A stretch of DNA of 64,000 nucleotides from Babesia bigemina (taxonomy: Eukaryota), in the NCBI RefSeq assembly GCF_000981445.1, contig NC_027216.1, positions 2,046,001 to 2,110,000 on the forward strand. Reading direction: 5' to 3'. Under the pieces are notes generated by a model. It was not told the DNA's origin. It did no database searches and worked only from the letters and a program-made list of their open reading frames with translations. Shown here in pieces: positions 1-10,521 of this stretch. The translations under genes and the position numbers were made by a program. Position 1 is the stretch's first letter. Every line of letters begins with the position of its first letter.

Positions 1-1809
1 TCTACGGGTTACTTTTAAGGCAAACGCTTCAATTAGCGATACGCGGAACCACGCTAAGAGAATCCCCCAAAGGATCGCGCATTACAAGTATTTTGATTAT
101 TCATAACACTTAAGCCATATAAATATTCAATACTCATTGATTGTGCAAAATGACGGTTAGACGATAACCAATGAAGGATGTTCTACACACCTAACACCAT
201 CGTACACATTGTCGTGGCGTTGCGACGTATCCTTGTTTATCCAAATTAAAAATGCAATGGGCATTACAGTTTTAAACTCCACAGATGAACAACAACTCAA
301 TAACATAGGAGAAGCTCTAGCTCAGACGGAATATCATACCAAATGCAGTCCGCTTGCGCTCGTTACTCCCTTTACCAGAAATACTTCAATAAATGCCTAC
401 GGGAGTGGTATCATCAAAAGAGTAACGGTTCAGGATTCTACTATGCTAATCCACCGGGAATCCTTTTCACTCCGCTAAGGTCGGTTCGGTTGGTTACAAC
501 ATACAGACACATAGATCATCGAAGCGTCAAGAGGGGACCTTCTCCGTGCCTATGTCACATTGGTTCTTCGATAAACGTGCAACAGATCAAAATGTGTCAC
601 GTAATGTCGACGTGTTTCGTACACCAAGCAGCGCGGACAGCCGAGAAGCAGGAATGAATTATCTGCATATGGGATACGACGTATCATATACTTTGTCTCT
701 GGGTAAACTCGTCCATAAGCATATGGACATCACCCATACCGCTTTCTGCAACCATTACGACATCGCTTTCAACACATTGTACAATGTCGGCAGGTGAGTC
801 CGCACCTTATGTTTTCTATGATATGGCAAGTGGTTTCGTGTATGATCTATATTGAAAAGTACGCAGTAAATGGCATAGTCAATGTAATATTGTGCACGAT
901 ACATAAACAGTATTATCGTCATCCGTGCAATCTATAGTGTACTGATCACTTGAACAACTAAACCCGCTTTCAGGAGTCTGGATTTATCACCTGAAGCTTT
1001 CACTGAATTTCCCAACTTCAGGTTGGTAACAGGAAACATTTTCGGCATTCATTCTATTTTGACGGAGCCATGTTTCAGAACCGTGATCATGTCGGTTAGG
1101 CGTAAAAAGTTGGTTCGCCACTGTAATCTGTAACAATGTTACAGTATGAAGGAAATGCTTCACTATCGTACTCTTACATCTGTAGCGAACGCCGTAACCA
1201 AGGGCGGGTGCATCATACTCATTGCAAGAGATACAGAGGGTATGAACGGAATACAGAAAAGATTTGACAGCCCACAAGTAAGCGATGGTTTATTATTTTA
1301 AATTGATTATAGATATCGCAATTGTTTGTCCAAAGAGAAGGGTTAAGTATGCCAGCAATCATTCAGGGAGATGAAAATGGGCCCCATGGTTTCGGCCATG
1401 AATCGGATTACCCCTTCTTAGATTCCGAAGTGCATGATCATATCAAAACTATAATTGCTTGTGAAGCGAATTCCATTTCGCAACCCCTATACGTGTATAT
1501 ATACCACAAGTACAGTTCAAAACTGCCTAACCAGAGACTCTCTAAACCCGTTAATACGGTCTAATCAAATGCCGTTTTACCACCATCCAAAGTCTTTCTT
1601 AATTCATAACGCAGCCCTCAGACAATGAAGTTATAGATTATCAATTTTGAATTGTTGAGACCAAGGTTTAATAAGCGGCTTGCTAACATTACCTCAATCC
1701 ATTGTGTGTCATACAAGCTGCCAAGCTTTTATTACTCAACGTTTAGTGTCATTGGAACTTCCGAATAAGGCAAAACCATGAATGTGACACATATGAAGTA
1801 CGTCATCAT

Positions 1810-2323
1810 CATCGTGGAGATAGGAATCACCAATCGAGACTACCTACTGGACACGGATAAGTTCAAGAAGCAGAAGTACGAAGACCTTATCGAGGATCTC
1901 AAGGCGCGACAGTTTAACCAGCAAACCAAGATCAGGGTTATCCCCTACGTTATGACGTGGGAGGGAATAGCGACAAAGGAGCACAGGAAGTACAGACGGG
2001 ACCTGGGCATATCGGATCGCATGGAAGCCCACATACAAAGGGTAGTGATCCAAGAAACACATAAAATAGTGATGAGGGATATGAAGATGAAAGAAGACTA
2101 CGATTCCGTAGAAGACCCTCAAGCCCAAACTGGATGGATGCCCGCATGGATGGCACCAGTGACGTCCGGCAATGGACCGGCGTGGATCCCGCAACCGGTT
2201 TCAGCGTGAGGCGTTAGCCTTGGTAAACTGAACAGTAGCACAAGTCACATGTAGCCACACAGCACAATATAAAACAAGAGAACACAATAATAATAGTAGT
2301 TGGTTGTTAGATTAAGCGATGAC
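1810..2323 (+). mobile_element. 5'-truncated non-LTR retrotransposon fragment (C-terminal restriction-like endonuclease domain plus ~115-nt 3' UTR), copy 1
   Basis: Encodes IVEIGITNRDYLLDTDKFKKQKYEDL...IRVIPYVMTWEGIATKEH...IQRVV, matching the RLE pattern (PD..E, K..KY..L, IPYVMTW) of R2/R4/NeSL-like elements; stop at 2209. Ungapped 514-bp inverted match to 14734-15247. Confidence 0.8.
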
Positions 2324-3048
2324 CTAGCACCTGACCAAAGTGGTTACCTGAACCCAAACCTCAACTTGGCCAATGCGTCATTACATCGGTTTCCCGGTAC
2401 GTTGAGTAATGAGTCACTTGTGAGAGGTGTATACGTCATCTCACCGTGAAGCTAGGTGATTGGTCACCAAGGTAGGCAGCTGGTAAGAGCTGTGCTACAT
2501 GGGTCATTAAGTAGTTGCTGTGTTACTAGCTGTCACGACCGCAATGTGAGTCGCTGGGCAATGGATGGATCCCGGACTGTGATGTGATGGCCAATGGACA
2601 GCAAAGTTAGGTGACATTGATGGCATCGGTATGGATAAGAAACCTGTTAATGGAGTACTACATCTCTTTTAGGCACCCATTATGACACAAATGTGATGTA
2701 ACTGGTAAGCTGCTGGGGCCGCGTTGCATGGTCTCTGATGGATGGAGTCAGCTTCGCAGATGGTACCGGCTGACCTGCATGCCACGGCCAGGATGGTATC
2801 AACATGCTTTAGCTTGGTTGTACTTCAGTTGTGATAGATGCATAGTTGTGATGTGAGTGGCGGTGCACTGGATGGCCATCGTCCTGCTGCTACCGTGGCG
2901 CCGATGGTAGATGATCAGTGTGCTTGCCGAGGTGCGTGTTTATGTTGTAGGTTGGTGAGTGCTGCCGAGGTGCGTGTTGATGAGTAGTTGGTGAGTGCTT
3001 GCGTAGGTGATTGATATGTTTGCAGGTTGAGAGGACTGGGAGGGGAAG
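2324..3048 (+). repeat. Conserved non-coding leader module, copy 1 (upstream of Cys-rich gene A)
   Basis: Colinear with 3731-4372 through shared blocks GACCTAGCACCTGACCA, ACTTGTGAGA, ATGGATGGAGT, GACCTGCATGCCACGGC, GTACTTCAGTTGTGATAG and GGGAGGGGAAGATG. Confidence 0.8.
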
Positions 3049-3600
3049 ATGAGTGGGAGGCGGATAGTATACGGTCAAGCGTGTACGAGGTGTAAGTACG
3101 GATGTAAATACATAGAGGTTTGTAACTGCTGTCCGTGGTGTTGTGAAGAGTGTAATAAAAGCACTTATGAGAGTTGCGATATATGTTACATAGATTTTCA
3201 CTACAAGTTTCAAGTTAAAAAGGATTGCCATTATAAAGGATGTAATTCCCAAACAATTACGTGTACCAACCCCAAGTGTCAATGTACATGTTGCAAAGCG
3301 AAATGTGCACGTGGAGAAATTCCCACCTGCAGTCTTCCCCCTCCCCCGCCTCCCCTTCCTTCCCCCGGTGCTGAGCCTGAGTACGCCAGTCAAAAGCTTT
3401 CCTCTCCTCCCGACGCTCTCAAGCAAGAGACCGATGCTCCACCATCCCCCCCTCCCTATACCACCATCGCCGCCGTCATCGTTGCCATCATCGTCGCCAT
3501 CATCCTGCTCGACCTGTGCATCTTCCGCTTTCCGGTGGGCCGCAACATCCGCGATTTCCTCGTCCGCAAGATACCCCTCTGCATCGCGTTCTACAGCTAA
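3049..3600 (+). CDS. Cys-rich protein A (183 aa): CxCCPWCC head, Pro-rich stalk, C-terminal TM, tail type I (FRFPVGRNIRDFLVRKIP)
   Basis: ATG ORF with high Cys density and TM segment IAAVIVAIIVAIILLDLCIF; no signal peptide; paralogous to 4373-4786 and 63415-63861. Confidence 0.75.
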   Translation: MSGRRIVYGQACTRCKYGCKYIEVCNCCPWCCEECNKSTYESCDICYIDFHYKFQVKKDCHYKGCNSQTITCTNPKCQCTCCKAKCARGEIPTCSLPPPPPPLPSPGAEPEYASQKLSSPPDALKQETDAPPSPPPYTTIAAVIVAIIVAIILLDLCIFRFPVGRNIRDFLVRKIPLCIAFYS

Positions 3601-3646
3601 TCTCGACAATTTATTAGCGCAAACATTGTTAATCCAAATCCCACCG

Positions 3647-3730
3647 ATCACCTAACTGGCAACTGACATCCAATGTTCTTGTCAAAGTAACGATTGCGTT
3701 GATGACCAATTACATGAGCAGTGAGGTGAC
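3647..3730 (+). repeat. Conserved ~84-bp trailer element (ATCACCTAACTG...GAGCAGTGAGGTGAC), copy 1 of 3
   Basis: Recurs on the minus strand at 63042-63123 and 63326-63409, each time downstream of a TM-tail stop codon. Confidence 0.8.
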
Positions 3731-4372
3731 CTAGCACCTGACCATCCATTTGACATGGCATTGAATTGATGCACTGATGAGCGTGTTGGTATCTGAGTTA
3801 CTTGTGAGACGTGTAGACGTCATCGCATCGAATCAGTGCGATGTGAATCTTGATGATTGGCTGCCAACGTTAGTAGCAGTGATGAACGTGTTAGTTGATA
3901 TCATATGTTGTCAACTGCGCTACTGTTTGGCGAATCAGCTATCATCTGTGCTGCTGGGATGTCACCGGGACTCTGACATGATGGTCAGTGGATTGCGTGG
4001 TTACGTGACACCGATGGCAACAAGTAAATGAGAGACGTATTGACCATACAGAAAAGCTCACATATACACTCATTGGAGCACTGATGTGATGACCTTTACA
4101 TGAGGCACTGCCAACTTCATACTGTCTAATGGATGGAGTTAACTGCCCAGCAGGTGTCGGTAGACCTGCATGCCACGGCGAGGATACCGTTCACATGCTC
4201 TACCTCGGTAGTACTTCAGTTGTGATAGCTGCATAGTCGTGATGTAATAGGTCGTGATTTGGACGGCGTTCATCTTGCTGTTACCGTAACGTCGATGGGA
4301 GACGGTCAGTGTGCTTGGCTGAGTCACGTGGTTCATGGCTGCACAGGTTGAGGTTGAGGGGGGGAGGGGAAG
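3731..4372 (+). repeat. Conserved non-coding leader module, copy 2 (upstream of Cys-rich gene B)
   Basis: Diverged tandem copy of 2324-3048. Confidence 0.8.
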
Positions 4373-4786
4373 ATGGCAGATGGAAAAGCGTGTTACAAGT
4401 GTGGTAAGGGATGTAAAATGCTTGAGGAGTGTTATTGCTGTCCCTGGTGTTGTGAGGTCTGTAGCGGAGACATCCAGTGCGATGAATGCCGTCAGTTCTA
4501 CTTGTTACGCCTGGATTACAAAGATCCGACTTACAATTGCGGTAGTCCGATATGTGACACCCAATGTAAAGATAAGCAGGACACCTGTGAATGTAAGTGT
4601 TGTCTAGAGAAACGTGCAACACAGGCCGGCGCATTCGCCGCTCAACCCAGTTCCATGGTTATCCCCAGTACCACAGCTTACCCCGCTGTCATCGCTCCCA
4701 TCATCGTCCTTGTCATCGTGTGCCTTATGAGCGTCTTTCGCGTGCGACCGTTCCACAAGGTCCGCGATTGTTTCGAACGCAGATGA
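4373..4786 (+). CDS. Cys-rich protein B (137 aa): CYCCPWCC head, C-terminal TM, tail type II (FRVRPFHKVR)
   Basis: ATG follows the same GGGAGGGGAAG context as gene A; TM VIAPIIVLVIVCLMSVF. Confidence 0.75.
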   Translation: MADGKACYKCGKGCKMLEECYCCPWCCEVCSGDIQCDECRQFYLLRLDYKDPTYNCGSPICDTQCKDKQDTCECKCCLEKRATQAGAFAAQPSSMVIPSTTAYPAVIAPIIVLVIVCLMSVFRVRPFHKVRDCFERR

Positions 4787-4879
4787 ACACTTTGCATCGC
4801 ATTTTATAATTAGGTCCAACACTTTGTACTATTGCATATATCGCACAGCACAATAGATCGAGGCAGAAAGCTTGTATAA

Positions 4880-5188
4880 AAACCTCTTGTTAAATGTTTT
4901 GTGATCATAGATGGCAGGCTATTAGGGAGATGTTGAAGAACTACATTGACATGGCATTTAGTGAGCGGTTGCAAATTTAACGGGATCAACCAAGTCGATA
5001 TGTTGCAAGTTTTCCTGTTACGCCTAGGAGCGCTCCGCATACGATCTCACTTCACGCGCTCCAGGGGGTCTCACCTCATCGACGTAAAGGTGCTACTCAC
5101 CCTGAGCAGAAACATGCCCTCCCTCTACGACATCGATTACTTCGACGACGAGGAACTTCCTCAAACATCGAAAATACTTGTTCAGTGA
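4880..5188 (+). pseudogene. Degenerate coding remnant ending ...DIDYFDDEELPQTSKILVQ*
   Basis: Aligns at protein level with 62530-62830(-), with codon-sized indels and the same stop; the upstream part is frameshifted here. Confidence 0.5.
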
Positions 5189-6317
5189 TCGTCGTATTGT
5201 AATACCTAACGATAGTTGCCGTATAGTTATGTGGAATAGCCGAGCCATGATGCCGCTGCGCAGCCTGGCTTGCATACAATAGATTGCTGTACGCTTAAAT
5301 GCGCCTCATTCAAGTGAGAGTCTGCAACAATGGTACCCAAATCGTCGCCCCACTCATGAACGGGGTTGGTATAAAACGTGGAAGGATGCAGACTGTTGCA
5401 GGGATGGCGCTAAGTTTCGCTTTACAGCTGAGTGTATGAGGTAGTTGCCTACATTTGCAGATGTGGCACCATTATACGGCGTCTAATATGGCCGTGGCAC
5501 CATGTATAGCACAGAATTTCGTGGTAAAGTATTGTTTGAGAGTCTACGACGGATATGTGTAGTTGCTACTGGCCGCAGAGCGTGTGGTCAAGCTTGCTTC
5601 TCTACCTCGCCTAATTTCACTCATGACGTAACACATCTGACAAGAAATCTAACATACAATGTAGCTTAAGTCATTCGATGAATTAGTGTCGTTGCAACTG
5701 AGCCGTTGGCGTCAGCGTCGGCGTATCGCATCGCCAGTGACAGTATTTGGCCGCACACATCCCGGCAAATGAGTACCATCGTATATTTATACATGAGTAA
5801 TATATTAGGTACAACAACTTCATGCTGGCGACGTCATAGGCAGCTACAAGATAAGTGGAATCTCGCTCATGGTGATGATCACGACACTGATCGATCTGCT
5901 AAGCACGTTAGCGAGTAACTACATGGCTTCTACGAGCACAGTTGTTATATCTACAAAGGCTTTAATATTTCACACTAGCTGCCGTTAGGATAAGGCAGTG
6001 AACCAATAGCACGGCAGTTTGCAGAACAAGCATAGAGTGATAAACGGAAAATGATGGTTGTAATCGGTAGTGTATGCTTGTATGGCATATGTTTGAGTGA
6101 GATATAATCATAAATACGTGTAAAACTTGGCTGGCCAATGCATGTCGTGGTTGTGGACGCTCAAGGTGTAACGGCGTTGCGGGATATGCTTCTGCGTTCG
6201 TAAAGACAATAGAAGGACAGCGCTTTACACGTCTGAATCAAATCGCTGTATGACTGGTATGTTTCACATATGGCCGAACCTTGAAATGTAGTACCTGTTG
6301 CCCTGGATGGCGTGTTA

Positions 6318-7220
6318 ATGATGACTGGGAGGATGGTGGAAATGAAGCTGGAGAGGAAAAAATGTAAATGCGTTGTATTCTCATGTAAAGGTGGAAAAGA
6401 GCTCTGCACTGATTCCAAATGTGAGACGTGTATGGCGTGCTGTCACCCCGATTGTAAGGGGTGCGAAAAGAAATGCAAGGACGGAGAGAAATGTAAATGT
6501 TTGAATCTTTGCTGTGGTTGTAAGGAAAATTGTTATGGAGAAAGCAAAGATGGTACGTGTAAAGGAAAAGGTAGCACTGATTGCCAACGCTGTCGAGAAA
6601 AATGCAAAGATTCCCAAAAGTGTATATGCTATCAATGCAACTGCGGAACGCAATGTAATGGCTTCCTCTGTGCCTGCTGTTACTTTTGCAATCCTGGCAA
6701 ATGTAAGCGTGAAGGTACTTGCGACGGCTACGTAATCGGCAAATGTACGGCCGAAAAGGGATGCCAAGGCCACGGCACATACGACGATGAAGGTCGTCCT
6801 GTGTTCGGGAAAAAATGCGAATGCGGTCCCAAAGGCAGTGGCAAAGATTGTACATGTTACACTAGCAAGCGAAATCCAAATGACAAGAAATGTAGATGCA
6901 TCTTCGGTGACTTTCAAAAAGATGGCAACTGCTTGATCAAGTGCGACCTGTGCGGTAAATTGTGCTCTCAAGACTCTTATATTCACCGGGGCACTCTAGT
7001 AGTTGTCCCGCTTGCAATTGCAATGGTGCTTATCATCGTTTGGGTCAAGTACCGCGATATAATTCGCAAGGTGTTTTATGAACTACGTGGTTCTTCTTCC
7101 AGAGCACCCAAGCATTCCAGCGCATACACAAAAAACCTGATCGGTGACAGAATTCCCGAGGAGAGTAACATTGACCGCTACTCCGCCATCCGCCCAGGGA
7201 CATACGGTGGCTTGTCTTAG
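6318..7220 (+). CDS. Cys/Lys-rich membrane protein C (~300 aa), single TM near the C-terminus plus ~55-aa tail
   Basis: Long ORF rich in C and K; TM LVVVPLAIAMVLIIVWV; intact paralog at 60488-61399(-). First ATG at 6318. Confidence 0.85.
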   Translation: MMTGRMVEMKLERKKCKCVVFSCKGGKELCTDSKCETCMACCHPDCKGCEKKCKDGEKCKCLNLCCGCKENCYGESKDGTCKGKGSTDCQRCREKCKDSQKCICYQCNCGTQCNGFLCACCYFCNPGKCKREGTCDGYVIGKCTAEKGCQGHGTYDDEGRPVFGKKCECGPKGSGKDCTCYTSKRNPNDKKCRCIFGDFQKDGNCLIKCDLCGKLCSQDSYIHRGTLVVVPLAIAMVLIIVWVKYRDIIRKVFYELRGSSSRAPKHSSAYTKNLIGDRIPEESNIDRYSAIRPGTYGGLS

Positions 7221-8014
7221 AACGCGTAGAGTTTAATATCGCAACAAAAGTATGTCAATGTAGTAGCGTCAATCATCATTTCATGTCTCCTCTTCAAAGT
7301 TTGAGTTTTACCTTGAAATTTATCGTGTCTTAAAGCTTCCACTTTACGCACATAGTGTCCTTCTGGCTACTTCCGCACGGTGTTGGCGTAGGCTGCTGAT
7401 TCCACGTTGTGCTGTCTCTGATCTAACTGATGTTATCCAACCAGTTCGGGCTCGAGGGTCGTTTGCAGTCGCAACAATCCCAGGGTTTCACGCTTCTCAT
7501 ACTATAGGGAACCGCCTCGATAAGTGTCTGCAGGTTGGATCTACTCCCTTTACAATCCTACACCGGATCATCCTAACTTCTACTGGCCTGTCTCCCCGTG
7601 TTCTCGATAATGATGTTATGTAATAACGCTATACTATTAGCGTTCTTATTTGGTGTTAGCTTTTACATCTATGAGGTAAAGTAACGTTATTATCACATTG
7701 CCCAATTCATTCCCATCTGGGCATTGGTGTTATCCATATCCGCAGATTTTGCAACCAAATAACTGTATACCTCATCTGATCTACGATATCTTCACATGTC
7801 AGTGCAGTGTAATCATTAAGTCATTCTAACCACGACAACTGTTGCAGCAGGATGGCACAATAGACAGGACGTGCGTCGTGAGATCAGCGACACGCACTCC
7901 CTTTCACATACAAGCCACTAGTATATGAAACCGCGGAAACATCTATACAAGTTGCACGCTAATATTAATAAAGAGTCCGATGACTTCATTTGTGCCCGAC
8001 CTAACCACCGTCGG

Positions 8015-8409
8015 TTATATAAAGCGAGGCACCGATTCCTTAGGCGACTGAACTCCGTCACCGTCGACACTAGCATCAAAGCGTTTCAACTGGAAATTGC
8101 CCTGACCCACAAACCTGCGACACCATTAAATTCCCCAGTTATAAAAACCAACCAGCGCGGGTAGAAGCTCTGCTTGAGCACCTCGATTAGTGCTTGCGAT
8201 AGGTGGGCGTGTAGCGACGGGCGGTCCAGTACGGACTTGATGAAGGCGACCGACTCCCGCTTGGTCCACTCCGCTCTCAGCAACTGCGAAGTCACAGACT
8301 TGCACTGAATATTGATGATATGGGCGTTCTGGACAACGTACCAGGTTGAGGGCCTCCGCATGCACGTTGGCGTTCGACAAGACACGCTCGCACAGCAGAC
8401 GCTCGATGG
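8015..8409 (-). pseudogene. Duplicated 3' fragment of the 58457-59692 gene
   Basis: IERLLCERVLSNA...LNL|intron|CKSVTSQ...FYPRW matches 59298-59692; homology ends abruptly at 8409 and the 5' part is absent. Confidence 0.8.
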
Positions 8410-8747
8410 CAGTATTTGTACTAATGGAGGCTGCCGGATGTGTCATGAAGGTTTTCCTCTCCTTATAAGGACAGCAAATGTTTCCGTTGGTTGATGAACT
8501 TCATTTTGTCAAGTGCATACAATGGCAAGTAATTGTCATTCATGTAACTATATACACATTTTATGTCCCATTAATGCTTTTGTTGACAATAGCTTGCCCG
8601 TAATAGTCGTTTTGACCATCATTTCAAAATACAACCATTTATGGCGATACAAAAATCAATGCCGTATTTGGCACTGCGCTTGCATCCATGAACATTGGTA
8701 GTATGCTAATGGCGTCGTATTTCCGATGATCACAAGCAGCTGAAGCC

Positions 8748-10521
8748 TCATCGGCTACTATTTTGCTTCTGGCGCGCTAACGCAGTCCTTTCTTCCTCTA
8801 GCTTTTGTCTTTCCTCTCTCCGTTTCGTTTCCTCTTCCTCTGTCATATAACCTTCCGAGTAATCGCTCCTAGTTGTTGGTGACATACTTGTAGGCGACGT
8901 ATCTCCGCCTTCAACCACGGGCACTTCCTTCTCATCTGAACTACTCTCTGTGTCTTTATCTGACACCGTTTCCTCTGGCACTGGCATTTCTACTGCCTTT
9001 ACCGATGGATCTTGTACTGCCACCTCTTCCCTTTTTTTCCTCTTCATTGCTGTCTGCTTTTCTACCCTCTCTTTATGCCATACCTCATTTTTTTTCTTAA
9101 TTTCCGGCCTTTCCTTTTTATATGTAAAAATCAACGCAATGTAGCAGGCAATATTGAGCAGTGAGCCTATCACGATCATGTACATGGTCGACTTCCTCAG
9201 GGCCTCGGTGTTGTTCTCTTTGAGATCTGCGTCCATGTCATCAATTGTCTGTGTTGACGGGGCGTAACCAAGCAGCTTCTCCGACACGTACGCGAAGATC
9301 TCCACAAAACTGACACTGATCGAAATGCCGGATATGCACTGGATTAGGGCGGATGCGCTGGCCTGGTACTTGTCTTCAATGGCTTTCCTCATAATAGGTC
9401 TATCCACTCCGCCAACAGTAACCAAGGTCACCCCAAGAATCGCAAACTCTACATAATGATACCACATTAAACGCCCATCTGGCGCCGGCGACAGGAAGAA
9501 CAACACACAAACGATCAATCGCACGCCCATCACAACGATGCCAGCAATCATCTCGCCATAATCCGTATGCAAACCCGCAATTTTTTCGAGAACTATTCCT
9601 CCAGCTGCAGTCCCTGCTGCGCCGCCAATCGTTGTGACCAATATCGCGATTCCCACATTCTTGTCGGACACTCCCAAGTACTCCAGATAAGTGATCATGT
9701 ACGGCAGAGAGCACATAGGGGCCTCCGCAATCAACATCGTAAATATGGACAGAAAAGCGGTTCCACTCGTGAAAACAGCCTTAAACGCTCCGGACAATTG
9801 GGTGACAAAGTAGTTCACGGAGTCATACGGAGAGACCACCTCCTCCTTAGCTTGCAGTCCATATATAATCGCGATGCCAACCGAAATCCACATGTAACCC
9901 AACACGATGTACGAGATACGCCAGCCAACAAAACCCAACAGCACATTCTGAGCAGCCTCCGTGGTTATTGCGGCGCACAGCATACGGCCAATGCAATTCA
10001 AAGCGTGAAGACGGGTGAAGGTGCTGTTACTGCTCTCATCACCCTCATCATCTTCATCCGCAACAATCTTTTGTTGTACTGGATAAATACAACCGAATGC
10101 AGCGCCGTGTAAGAAGCGCAAAAAGAGGATCTGCAGGACCATGAGCAGTGCAACTCTTGCAACCTACTGACGAGTACTTGGACGTGGAGCTTAGCAGAAT
10201 CGAGGCGATGCCCATGAATAACAACCCAGCAGACATCACCAGGTTAGTCTCAAACGCGTCCGCCAGCAGACCCCAAACTAGTGAGAAGCACAACCGCGAC
10301 ATGATAGACACGGTCATCAGCATCGTCTGCTGCTGCTTGTTGAAGCCTAAACTGGACTCGAAGGTTCTAACGCACAAGTACAACACCTGCTGCTCGTAAC
10401 CCTCAGTGAAAGACACCAGGTGGTACAAAACCTCACCAAAGGCGCCATAGTCTGGACGTATTTTTTTCGGTGTCTCAGATTCTTTAGCTGCTTCCGAAGC
10501 TGAATCCTCTGCTTCAGCCAT
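8748..10521 (-). CDS. Major facilitator superfamily transporter (2 exons; intron 10131-10167)
   Basis: Multiple TM segments, MFS motif-A-like WGLLADAF, LRFLHG and GWR motifs; 37-nt GT-AG intron joins KYSS|ILFLRFLHG in frame. Confidence 0.85.

Larger units (their letters stand above)
3440..8409. repeat. Left arm of a large inverted segmental duplication (partner ~59298-63330)
   Basis: Reverse-complement homology read by eye; 7407-8409 pairs without gaps with 60300-59298; outer parts are more diverged and the right arm has deletions. Confidence 0.9.

Noticed and set aside
987..1277. SFLYSVHTL...PALGYGVRY resembles a glycogen phosphorylase motif
   Set aside because: No upstream GNGGLGRL in any frame and no continuing similarity; probably chance.
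1..1800. Short ORFs at the window start
   Set aside because: No recognisable domain or consistent exon chain; could be a decayed gene but I cannot support it.
1778..1809. ATG giving the 143-aa ORF over retroelement copy 1
   Set aside because: The start lies in flanking DNA outside the homology; a fortuitous fusion lacking the catalytic PD motif.
4139..4336. Antisense ORF in the conserved leader
   Set aside because: The paralogous leader has a stop in the equivalent frame.
6250..6291. Possible micro-exon ATGACTG plus 35-nt intron extending gene C
   Set aside because: In frame, but the ATG, donor and acceptor are not conserved in paralog D.
10140..10150. CATGAGCAGTG matching the trailer, within the MFS intron
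   Set aside because: Isolated 11-mer with no flanking similarity.
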